Shown piece by piece: positions 10,225 to 21,800 of a DNA stretch of 64,000 nucleotides (positions are counted from its first letter, which is position 1; each line of letters begins with the position of its first letter). The position numbers and the translations under genes are program-made. The notes beneath the pieces were generated by a model that was not told the DNA's origin, searched no databases, and saw only the letters and a list, made by a program, of their open reading frames with translations. This stretch comes from Mytilus californianus (lineage: Eukaryota), in the NCBI RefSeq assembly GCF_021869535.1, contig NW_026262680.1, positions 372,001 to 436,000 of the forward strand. The letters run 5' to 3'.

Positions 10225-12186
10225 TCAAACTATTTCGCACACGACAACTTTCCCTGTTTGATAGCATGTGACAAAGAACTGGTTGCTGTCTTTCTTAAAA
10301 CGTATTCCCCACGGTTGTTTTATTCCAATACTATCGGCTAGAATAATTTTTACCAGTTTGCCATCTGTAGTAAGTTGGTGTATATGTCCTGTAGAATATT
10401 CGCATAGATACACATTCCCATCATAGTCAATGTCTATACCTCTCGAACTTGAAGGTTTATCTTTTGTGTAAATAAAGGCTTTTCTATTATTTAGCATTCT
10501 GGACACTACCGACGTCCCATCAGCACAGATGTAATCATGACGGTTGTTTCCATATACAAAATAAGTGTCCCCGTTTGTTGTAACTTGTTCATTTTTTACC
10601 CCTGTGGAAGCGTTAATCCATGTTAAAGTACTGTTATATGCAAGAATAAATTCACCGTTTACATGACAGAATCCATGAACTGGATATGTATTGTCAATTT
10701 TACGGCAATGTGTCATTTTCTGGATATCGACAATAAACAATGTATATCCTTCTGTTGACACAGCAGCCATCGTGTCAGTCATTTGAGCTATATCGCAAGG
10801 TTTCTTCGGTAATGTTAGTTCTGCGAGACAGCTGCCGTTGTGATTATATTTCAAGACTTTATATAAATGACTGTGCGTAAAGATGAATTCATTTTTCATA
10901 AAAAGACCACTAACAAAGACGGAATAACCAGTAAGTTCAATAACTTTTATTACTTTTATTTTCCCCGTGTGAAAATCTACGGTTTTTCCGAACGATAATT
11001 TTGGACAACTTGGATGGGTTTTAACTAGTTCAACAACCCCAATAACTTCGACTCTTTTTTCAAAATTTTCTGCTATGTCATTTGCCTTTAGAAGCATAGA
11101 AATATTCTTTATTTCGCTTATACCTTTGATACATGCATCACCAAATTTTACCTTATTTTCGTTAATTTTATCAATTTCCAGTAAACACTGCTGTTCAGAC
11201 CCATGTTGTAAACAGGTATCAAATAAAGCAATCCAATTGTCAATCTTATTCTTCAAATTTTCAATATCTGATGACTCTTCAGATAGTTTCAGAACTTCTT
11301 CTTTCTTGGATTTGATTATTTCCCCCTTTATTTGGGTTTCAATTTTGTTTAGGTGTTTAGAAATATTATCCTTTATGATACTGACTTTGATAAGAATAGC
11401 TTCAGCCTCTTTTTCGAAATCGGTCAAATGGTTTTTCCTGTTTTTTATCAAATCAGACAGCTGTTTGCTCGTTTCTTTAAGTTCTGATGACAATTCCATT
11501 GTTTTCGGTGATTTTTTTATTCCTGAAGCCGCCTTCTCGATTGTTATGACATCTTCGCATTTTCTGTGCGATAAAGTGGCACATAATGTACATAATGGTT
11601 TAGAATGATCAACACAGTAAGCCTTAATTACTTCCCCTGAATGTTCTACGCAATAAATTAACGAAGACGCGATTGTCGTTTCTCTGTTACTTGCAATGTC
11701 CTTCAGTGATAATAACGGGTGTTTTGCACTCATCTTAAAAGTTTTGTGACATTGTTCACAAGATTCACAAAACGCCTCTTCGCATACAATACACCAAGAT
11801 AACGCTTTTTTAGATTTATTGTTCGCTTTACAAGAGTCGCATATTTTTTCGCTTCGTCTTATTGCTTGTCTATCCATCAATGAAGCAACGAAATGATTAC
11901 CTGGTAGTTTTTCGGCCCAGGTCTCCGGATTACCTGTTGACTCTCCCATCAAAACATTCTGTCGACAAATCGGACACTTAAAGGTCGTTTTAGTTTTCTC
12001 CTTCCCCACGGTTGATAGAATGTAAGTGTTAATGCATGTCTTGCAGAACGTGTGGAGACAGGGTAAATATTTAGGCCCTGTAAAGACCTCTAAACAGATG
12101 GTACATGTCAATAAATCTTCAAAATGATCTGTTTTATCCAGTGCAATCGCCATTTTTGATGACTGGACTTTAAACTTCCTTGTCAT
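10225..12186 (-). CDS. Intronless TRIM-family E3 ubiquitin ligase (RING, two B-boxes, coiled coil, C-terminal NHL-like beta-propeller; TRIM56/TRIM45/TRIM2-3-like)
   Basis: 653-aa ORF. C3HC4 RING CTIC..LPCLHTFC..C..CPIC; B-box1 CDSC..CIVC..FCESC..H..H; B-box2 CVEH..YCVDHSKPLCTLCATLSHRKC; heptad region; repeats such as RGIDIDYDGNVYLC and PWGIRF. The likely start is the second ATG at 12153 (aaaATGg). Confidence 0.95.
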   Translation of the reverse strand: MTRKFKVQSSKMAIALDKTDHFEDLLTCTICLEVFTGPKYLPCLHTFCKTCINTYILSTVGKEKTKTTFKCPICRQNVLMGESTGNPETWAEKLPGNHFVASLMDRQAIRRSEKICDSCKANNKSKKALSWCIVCEEAFCESCEQCHKTFKMSAKHPLLSLKDIASNRETTIASSLIYCVEHSGEVIKAYCVDHSKPLCTLCATLSHRKCEDVITIEKAASGIKKSPKTMELSSELKETSKQLSDLIKNRKNHLTDFEKEAEAILIKVSIIKDNISKHLNKIETQIKGEIIKSKKEEVLKLSEESSDIENLKNKIDNWIALFDTCLQHGSEQQCLLEIDKINENKVKFGDACIKGISEIKNISMLLKANDIAENFEKRVEVIGVVELVKTHPSCPKLSFGKTVDFHTGKIKVIKVIELTGYSVFVSGLFMKNEFIFTHSHLYKVLKYNHNGSCLAELTLPKKPCDIAQMTDTMAAVSTEGYTLFIVDIQKMTHCRKIDNTYPVHGFCHVNGEFILAYNSTLTWINASTGVKNEQVTTNGDTYFVYGNNRHDYICADGTSVVSRMLNNRKAFIYTKDKPSSSRGIDIDYDGNVYLCEYSTGHIHQLTTDGKLVKIILADSIGIKQPWGIRFKKDSNQFFVTCYQTGKVVVCEIV

Positions 12187-12589
12187 ATTAGATTGACATG
12201 TAGGTTATCTAAGATGTATATTAAAATACACCAGATAAATAAATTCAAACGACTTAGCCGTTATAATTTGAATTCCTAATATCTTCAACAGTACCCTATT
12301 ATAATGTTTTGCTTTTCAAAAGTTATTCTCATTTTATATTATATCATCCTTTTCTATTATTTATTTATAATGCGAACAATCACTTCATTTCGTTATATTT
12401 TTCATGGAGGAAATTAAAGGGACTGTCACTATGCACAAAAATATCGGAACGTGTGCAAAATTTCTTTTTGACATTTATTTTGATATCAAAACGATGTCAC
12501 TCGACACATAGCAATAATTTGATATTCAATTTTTAAATTCACACATCTCACTGAAAAGATATATAATCATAAACTAGACTTATCTTCTT

Positions 12590-14500
12590 TTCAGCTTGTC
12601 AGGTTTTTAGGGCCATGTGAGCTGTGTCATCATTTGGGTACATCGTTCTCCGTCTTTAATTATTACAAAGATTTGTTTATTTTGGCCCAACAACCAACAT
12701 TGCAGCCATAGGTAAAAATTAATAGAATATCTGGGTTAAATGCATGGAAATCTCTTACATCTTCAAAACCATGAGAAATCGACGGTGTAAATACTTAAAA
12801 AATATCAGCATTTAAAGCTGGGCCACTTAAAACTATGACAGAAAAACAGAAAGACTGCAAACACTTATCATGATAAGCATTGAATTCAAGATCTACAAAG
12901 ATCTACAAATATACCCTATGACTGATTCCACCAATTGACTCTTGATAGTATTTTTTTTCCCTCAATTGACCCAATTAAATAATGTAAGCATTTTTGCGTA
13001 TTACCTTGAAAATTAAAACAGATAGAAACTGTTCAAAACAAAATTAGCACGCAATACAAGATTAACAAACGTGCTTATATAATTCGGACCATAAATCGAA
13101 TATTTGCAAAAGTAATTGTCTCTTTATGAAAAATTTGTGTCTAAAATCTTGAACATTCTTATAGATAAACGGAAACTGCTCACAGCAAAAATGATCAGCA
13201 CTACAATATCTACAAAAATGCAAAAATGGCTGACATTAGACTCATTATTTGGGTTATTGCCTTGAAATGTTGATTTTTGTTTTACTTATTTTGAAGTTTG
13301 TGCCTAATAATAAGATAAAATCACACAATTTTTACATATAAATTAAATTCCTGCCTTTGAATTTGCCTATTTTATCAGACATCTTGTTCGATCGATTTCT
13401 GCTGTTTTATTATTCAAGAGGGCGAAATATCCCCGTACTATCTCAATGTAGAAATATTATCGAAGATCGTATATCTGTGAGCATTTTTACTGTTTACATC
13501 TTTCCAACGATAGTTTTCAAAATATTTTTGTTTAATTCAAACAATTCAAATTTATCCTTATAAGTGGAGATAACCCAGATCATCAATTTTATAATCAAGT
13601 TAACGTCAATTTGTCTGTCTGATAGCAAAAAAAAATGATAAGTTGATCCAACTGGTTTTCTTTCTATTATTATATTTTAAAAGCATTTGAAAAGAGCAAT
13701 CTTCTCATATTTCATTTCAAATTTCTGTCATTAATTTTTCGTTTTTTTCACAAAATAATTGTTGTTTTCCTGTAAAATCCTTACAGAATTTGTCAATTGT
13801 TCACAACTCGTAGAGTGATAACAAGCTCAGTGACTTGTACTTATTGTATTTGTTTTTTTCATTTTTTTTAAATAGCACAATATAACCATCATCTCGGCAA
13901 AGTATAAAAAACTAGTTGTCATTTTTTGCTTAGCCTCCCATACTAGCTTAAGCCATTGATTGACTATTTATATTGGGTTTTTGCCAATAATGGACCATGT
14001 TTAACAAATTTAGTATTTTCACTTATATTTTGAAAACTTTTACAGACAGGCAGAACCTGTAAACAGCAAAAAATTATTGGCAATACAAGATTTACAATCA
14101 AGTCACGTGAATGAAACTGACTTCTTACTAATTATTGGATGTATTGCCATTAATTGACTTTTTTACTCATTTTTTGCACTTTCAAAAACAGCGTTACCTT
14201 TGAAACCCTTTTACCGATTTAATGATTTATATCCAACAATCAACATGACCGTCATGATTGAAAATAAAACATACGGATAAATTCAAATAATTGTCTAATA
14301 TTGAGAAAACTGCAGCAGATAGCGAACATTTGACAAGGACCAAAAATACACTGAAATCCTAATCTTGTATTTGTCCTTTAAAATAGTCATACGATTCCTT
14401 TTTAATATTTTGAGCTGTATTGATCAATTTTAATTTACTATAATTGTTTATGGGTAAAAATCATCAGTTCGAAAACAATAATGAAAAAAACTGTTAACAG
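12590..14500. repeat. Cluster of degenerate HINE-like repeats with internal subrepeats
   Basis: The head gggccatgtgagctgtgtcatcatttgg resembles bivalve HINE heads. Repeated ttgcgtattaccttgaaa / gggttattgccttgaaa motifs and their reverse complements occur at 12980-13320 and 14050-14500. Confidence 0.35.
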
Positions 14501-15184
14501 CAAAACAAGCAAATTGAGTTCTTCAAATCATTTCATTGGTCGTTTATATTTTGATGACGGCTTAAAGGAGGGTCATTTCATTTTGCTTGGAAGGTTTTGT
14601 AAAGAATTTTTATCCTGCATAATATTATGTAAATTTCACTAAGACATATTTATGCCAGATGAGCGGTTCATATTTCCTAGAAGCTCCTTGATTTAGTTGT
14701 CCTTATTCGGATTTTCCACATTATTATAATTTGTGTGAAGCAGTAGCTTCTTTATTCTACTAGATTCTGTGTTATTTTGACAGGGATATAAAAATGTATG
14801 TCTTTGTCAGTTCTTGTTTCTTAGAGACAAAATTCGAATGCATTAACCCCTTAAATTACAAGAATATCTTACTTGGTGTTTAGAAACCTGAAGAAATGTC
14901 AAATCTAAATTGTTTGTCATATGGTATAGGCTTTCATTAACCGAAATAGACATCAGGTGACGAGATATATGTTCATTTATGCCATTTGAATTTGTATAAA
15001 CATTTGTTTGCAGTTTGCAATTTTAATCAATTAGATTAGATATTGGACTTCAAGTTGAGCACTGTCTATCTGAAATAAAAGAGATCCATATTGAATCACT
15101 TGATTATTCATCGTGTCTTTCAATATTTGAGACTTAATTTGTAATGTGTACCTTACACGTAATGTGCCCCTCCTCCCTTCCACC

Positions 15185-15570
15185 CAAGTTATGAGGAAAA
15201 ACGACTAAAATTGACACTGAATAAGTTTTACGGTCACCACCACGAATTGGTTTACCAATACGATGTGTCGGTGTCTCAACTCACGAGCGACATGATTTCG
15301 ATGTCTTTGATCTTTATATACCAGTATAGTCGTCTGATCAGTAATTTGACCAATTGTATCCTATTTCCGATTGTGACATTTTTACTGAGTGTGAATTCGC
15401 ATGGCGGGTGATGCATGCATAACATGAGACGTATGTCGTGTCGACACACCCGGTATCACTCTTTTTTTAGTTCAAGCGATTCCTTCGGTTTTTGTTTTTT
15501 ATCTTGATTTGTCTCTTCTCAATCGATTTACGAGATTTTAACATCGGTAAACTACTGTCGCCTTACGTAA
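15185..15570 (+). mobile_element. Penelope-like retroelement 3' fragment
   Basis: Translates EKRLKLTLNKFYGHHHELVYQYDVSVSQLTSDM, paralogous to LRKFYGRHHELVHRY at 32237. I recognise this as the end of a mollusc Penelope-like ORF followed by its UTR. Confidence 0.55.
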
Positions 15571-15898
15571 CTCTACTAAACGGAGCTATTAATCAAGTAG
15601 AAATCGGGAAATTATCCGAAATACTCGTAGCTGAGTATTTTAGTCTGCTGTGGATAAAAAATGACTAGTTGAGATGGTTATGTTTTTTATTTATTTTAAG
15701 CGTTTGAAATTTGATAATTATATATAAAAAAGATTAAATCAGTAAAGAATAATCTTCTATAGACTATTTTGAAGTCTATGGCGATATAAACAAGATTATA
15801 ACAGTATCTATGAATATGGAATAGTTTATAAAAAAAATCCAAAATGTTTGATAAATTATTGAAATTGTCTGATTCAGTAAGCTCCAGTCTATAATTGG

Positions 15899-18800
15899 TT
15901 AATTGCATCTTCCACAGGCTCTTGGACAGACTGCAGCAGTGTTGACACCAGTTCTACAGTCACCCAATGTCTGTTTGGCACAGGTGGTGTGCTCCGCGGT
16001 GGCACATGTAACTACAAAGTATGAATGTAATAGTTTCAAATATTAATAATAGTATGAAAAACACTTTTTTATAATGCGGTTACCAATATTATCCATTGAT
16101 TGTTTTACAAAGTATATCTACAATTTTCGGTGATATTTTGACTATGAATTAAAGGAGACGCTAGGTGCAAAAGTCAGTAAAAGAGCAACAAAACAAGAAA
16201 AAAACAATAAATCTTGGGCTCAATATACGATCTTCAACAATAGACGGTGACTGTCCAACAGGTCAAGGTCTAAATGGTCTTGAATCTTGAAAGTTGTGAT
16301 CAAATTTAACAGAGTCTATCATAGATCTTCCATCCACAATAGATACCCCAAATGACAAATATATTGAATATATAACTATAGACGGTCAATGAAGACAAAC
16401 TATCTGTCATCCACAATAAGTACCCCTAATGACAAAAATATTAAATATATAACTAAAGTACTATAAACTATCAGTCCAGAAAAGGTCTATACTCAATAAT
16501 AAAACAAAAGATAACAAAAACACAAAGTACAAGCAAAACAATAATAAACAATACTGTGTCAATGAATGCTGAAAGCAAGCTCAAAGTACTTAATCTCCTG
16601 ATATAAAATCATGCCGCTCTACACTGTAAATGTAATAATGACAGTTGGCCATAGCAGCAGATATAATTATCGATCGAATACCAAAAAACCTTAGCTTTTT
16701 CGATATTTTTTTGCACACTTACTTAGCGCTTAAAGTCAGGATGTGGTGGGGTCAAACATATTTGTGAGCGCTCAATCCTCCCTTAACCTGGAATAGTGGT
16801 GTAACATCACAATGTATGAACAAACTGTTAAAAAAATCAGTTGATAGTGGTTGCCTATTCAAAATAATCATGTTCTGTGTCCTTCCCCTTGCCTTAGCGC
16901 GTTTAATTTGTTTTAATTCACAATGAATTTAATCTTATTCGACGTTTAAGCATTCGCATATATTGGCAGAGTGATTTACAAATTTTGTGTATGATGTATG
17001 TCTTTTGGTTGTAATTCATGATCAAATTCTTCCTTTCGAACGTTATTCTTATTGCAGTTTAATTTATCAATGAAACAAATTGAATCAAAAAGGTGTATTT
17101 TTAAAGAGTCTTAAAAACTGCGAGAACTTACTCTTGAAAGACCTACCTTGTTCACAGGATTTTCCACTATAATATGGCAAACATTTGCATGTGCAAGTTT
17201 TAACATCAAGGACCCCAAAATTTTCACATGTGGTGTTTCCACAATCTGCAAATAAAATAAAGATATTTATTTATGTAGCAAGTAATGATATTTTATATAC
17301 ACACAAAAATATCTGACCTCAAAAATGCAATTCATGAACAACCAATGTAGAAATTGTTATTAGTGACAAGTGTAAAAAATGAGGTTATGATCGAAATGTA
17401 TGAAATACTAATATAAGCAGGAACAAGCAACAAAAGTTAAATCCATATCCAGGACAAATGTCATTGGAAGTACGTCGCATTAGCTTCGTATGTTTCAGTT
17501 GTTTTTCATTCCATTTTACAAGGTTGTTAATCGTGATTGGTCATTTGTTTCAGTATGATGATGATGGATGGCTGTTTAAAGTCTAGTTATAAATGAATGC
17601 GTATCCAGGACGAGAACCTGTAAATGAGATATGAATATTAACCCTGCTTTGTATCAGACCGACGTGTTTTGCCGGATTTCTAACGTGCTAGTTCACAAGG
17701 TCCGCCAGAAGACATGCCAACCTACCCAGACACATTATTTTGATTGCTTTTACTCTTACTCCTTAATTTCGCGTGCTTAGCGGAAAAGTAGCTTTTACAA
17801 ATATTACAGTCTTTGGTTCATCCCGGCCAGGGTTCGAACCCACGCCCTCCAGCTCTCCAGGTGATCATACTACCACGAGACCCCCGAGGCGGTGAGTTGT
17901 ATAAGGAGACTCCGAGAATCTTGTTTCACATACACATTTATTTGGGTATTCTTATACCCGTCCGGAGAACACCAGAGGAATAGTTTAAACTTACAATTTC
18001 GATATTTCTTATATTTACCCCGAATATGATTTTTTCGCAATTTTCATGGCGATTTGCATACATTTATTCCACACTACACAATAGTTTACGAGTTTGCCCC
18101 AGAAAAAAAATGAATTAACGAACGAATAGTTGATGGAAAAAGCGAAAACTTTATGGTTCCCGTATCTTCTCTACTACACGAAAATAACAACACAAACATA
18201 TAGCTTACCACAAAGACCATTGTCACAATGATCAGGACATTCTCCGCACAGAGCACCAGCTGTATAAGGTCTTTGGATATCTTCATAGTATTGACTTGAA
18301 TTGTAAATAAGAACATACATCAACTGTTATTTTTTTTTTCCTGGATTTGAGTTCTGAACCAATATTAACCGTTGGTCGTGTTTGGTTTTTATTTTTTTTT
18401 TTGCATTGTGCATGACTTTTTTTTTAATGTTCAAATTTTGTAGCAGCCGATGTCAAAGAGTAAGAAGGCATTTTATTTCAGTGTCAACAGATGCGTTGCA
18501 TGCTTGTTTTCGATGACTGCTGGTGTTCGTTGGTGCGGTGTTGTTCATCATTGTTTTAAGTGTTCCTTTTTTTTATCTGTGGCAACACAATAAAAAAATG
18601 AATGCTTAATTTAAGTTAATTGAATCACTAGTATACTGTTCCCTACTGAGACTTTTGTTCTTCCGCTGGCCAAGGAAGAAAAGATGAAAGTAAAGTAGAT
18701 ACTAGAAATCAATATATATTTATGTCCCCTCACATGTATAATACTGGTTTCTAAACGTATGTGAATTAGATATCGCTTATTATTACAATTGTCATGATGA

Positions 18801-21800
18801 TTGACCGAAAGAATAGCCAAATGGAAATGTCGTAATTTTGTTACACGTTCCAGGTTAGGCCATCCAAATTAACACATTTTTCGTATAATTATTCATTTAT
18901 TACGCTCCGTTTAATGTAATACGAGAACAATATCTTCATGCGGGAAATAGATAAAATTCCACAACCATAAGAAAATGTGATTGTCCTTCCTCCTGTTGTT
19001 GAAGATCGCACTGCTTCTCATTAGATTATCCTTCTATCTTTCTATTTTTATGGTATGTGGTTGCTGTCGTATTTGTTTATAACCATACCTCTTTTCAATG
19101 AGAACAATAAATCAACACATCATCAACTGGACCGCGTTCGTGTCGTCTGTCATTTCACGTATAGGCTGAAAGTCTTTGCATAGTTCAAAGCCACCATGAT
19201 AATAACTATGATTGCTTCAAATTGTTTTCGCTTTTTTCATCCTACCCCCACCCCCTTCTGATTACTTTCGGCCTTAGTCGGGTACGCTGACAACCCGAAG
19301 ATAAATAAAATCGACAGGGGCCTTCGATACCGACAGAAGCCATACCAAAAAGTCCACTCATCAAGCAACTTACCCATAAGCATAATTGCACACCATTGAT
19401 GATTTATCTGCACGGCCTACACACTCTGCATACCCACATCCTACTTTTGTGATGTGCCAACTTGCCAACTGAATGATATAAAATAGTAAGATAATAGCTG
19501 TATTTGGATCAAACAAATTTATTTGAAAATGTAAATAGAAAAAATATAATAAAGTTGAGAATCAAAAAGATAATTGTAAAGTTATATAGACGGTAACAGT
19601 TAATTTGCTTCTTTTAATAGGTTCGTATAACTATGAGGTAAAAGGTGACCTTACAATAAGTCTAGAACTATGAACATGAACTTTTGCTAGTGAAAAACTT
19701 TGGTGAACTAGTGCTTGAATAGCTGACTTTCTACCAGTATCAAGCTAATTGTAATTGAAGTGATAAAAATTTAATGTTTGTCACTCATTGACCTTTTGTT
19801 TCTTGTTTTCCCTTTTTAAGACCGGCCTCATCAAGATGTGTGTAAGATAACTTTGCAAGAAATGACATTACATACTAATATTCAATTGAATGGGGTCAAA
19901 TAATTCGGGTGGACTTCAAAGACCACCTCAGTAAACAAACTAGCCGAAAAAGATTTAAAAGAATGGCGCATATTTGAACGACACGCTTCTATCTGCAATC
20001 AGCTACCTAACTTCTAATGACATATCTAAACTCCTCAAAATTTTGTGAATAATTTCAGTATTCAGATTTCATCATGCAGTTAAAGTTGTGTATAACTCAC
20101 GGGGCCAATTCTCTACAAATAGCTACCCAAGCATCGTCAACCTTGTTTGCAATCAAAGACCTTGAGCGGTGTGCTGACTATGTAGAGGACTGGTGTATAC
20201 TAAAGTTTTAAATTCCTTGTTAATGAAAAACATTGCCAAAGAATTAATATTACAAAATTAGTAAAATGTGTGTACAACCGCTTAAACAAATCAGTTTTAT
20301 ATTATTAAATAGATCATTACTGAATAGGATTAAAATTCATGTATTTATAATCAATATAGGCAATATCAACAAATCATGAATTATATCTGGAAATAAAAAG
20401 TAACAAATGCTTTAACAAAAGACCGAAATTCTCGCCGTACAGTGCAGAAAAATACAAACGCTTAGACAATCTCCGGCACAATACTGCGTGTGCTAAAGGG
20501 TTCTTTTCGTGCAACGTGTTTGCAATTTTGATTTCGTGTATGTTTGTGCTTTAACTTAGCTTATCACTGAACGTGTTTAGTTCTTATTGGTAAAAAAGAA
20601 ACTCGTCAGCAATATTTTTGTCCATTGAGAGGCTGATCTTTTATTTCCTGTTTTCCCTTTTTAAGACCGGTCTCATCAAGATTCGTGTACGATAACTTTG
20701 CTAGAAATTACATTACATACTAATATACAATTGAAAGGGGCCAAATAATTTGGGTGGAATTCATAGATCAACTCTGTAAACAAACCGAAAGCAAGAAAAT
20801 GAAGTAACACATAAAGAAAGTGTCGCAGAAATAAATACACCATATCTGAAACATTGTAAGAACAAACACATCAAGCACAGGAAAATTTTTTACGGCCTCC
20901 GCACATTAATTGTCTTTTTCACAAACTTCTACGACATTCAGTGTATATATTCTGTAGCAGTACAAACATTATTTTGAATATTCTGATATCGTCAACATTT
21001 TAATCGTAAAGCAACCTGTGTAAAATGTCCAATGTCAGTCCATCGCAGAGTCTTTGTTCCAAAACCATATGCAAAGTTGACCTTCTCGTCAAACCATTGT
21101 TTTACGCATTCGTCCCATGATTTACTTCCAATACACATGTTTTGTCCTACGTATATACCAGGCATAGCTGAAAGCCAAAGAATATTCTGTTTATTTAGAT
21201 AAATATTTATACCAAGCGAAGCGTAGCGTAGCGTAGTATGAAAATAGAATAGGTTCATGTATGTATTAGATACACCAACGAGGGCGTTAGTCCGATTGGA
21301 TTTATCTAATCTACACCAAGATATTGAAGTTAGATTTCAATAATTTATGAGGGGTTTTCAGCAGTTTCACCTTTTCTATGGTAAAACATGATAAATGCAT
21401 GATATCCAATTACATTTAATGACATCGTAACTTGTAAACTTTGATAAACATTATTTCATTAGTTATGTTCCGATTTCCGAATCAAACAACATTGAGACTA
21501 GAAGCTTGATCAATCAATGCTTCCGAAGGGGATAGACATATCTTTTTCCTGTACATGTCGTCCTCAAATTTTCTAAACCTGTAATAATCCAAATCTCCTA
21601 TAAGAACTTTAAACGTTCAGTAAAACATGTTATTAAAATTTTGGAAGCACATCTGTACTATTCAAATCATAGGGCTTGTATTTTGAATTTTGTAGCCTTA
21701 TTATTCAATAAAAGAAAAATAGCATAAATGATGCAATGTTACCAATATTTCAATATGTTATGACATGTTATGATGGTTTTAATCAGCGAAGTTCCCAAAG

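Noticed and set aside
11075-11608. 177-aa plus-strand ORF
   Set aside because: It is the antisense shadow of the TRIM coiled-coil region, and 6183-6446 is the same shadow in the pseudogene. No independent protein signature.
17820-17895. tRNA gene (GGTTCGAACCC B box)
   Set aside because: It is the head of a SINE continuing into a CORE domain and tail; no complete cloverleaf.
21470-21578. Terminal-exon-like segment FRKFEDDMYRKKICLSPSEALIDQASSLNVV* in CRISP intron 4, and a faint two-pore-channel resemblance with 22287-22400 in another frame
   Set aside because: The partner frame has an internal stop, the intervening S6 helix is absent, and the phase does not fit the host gene. The similarity is too weak to support.
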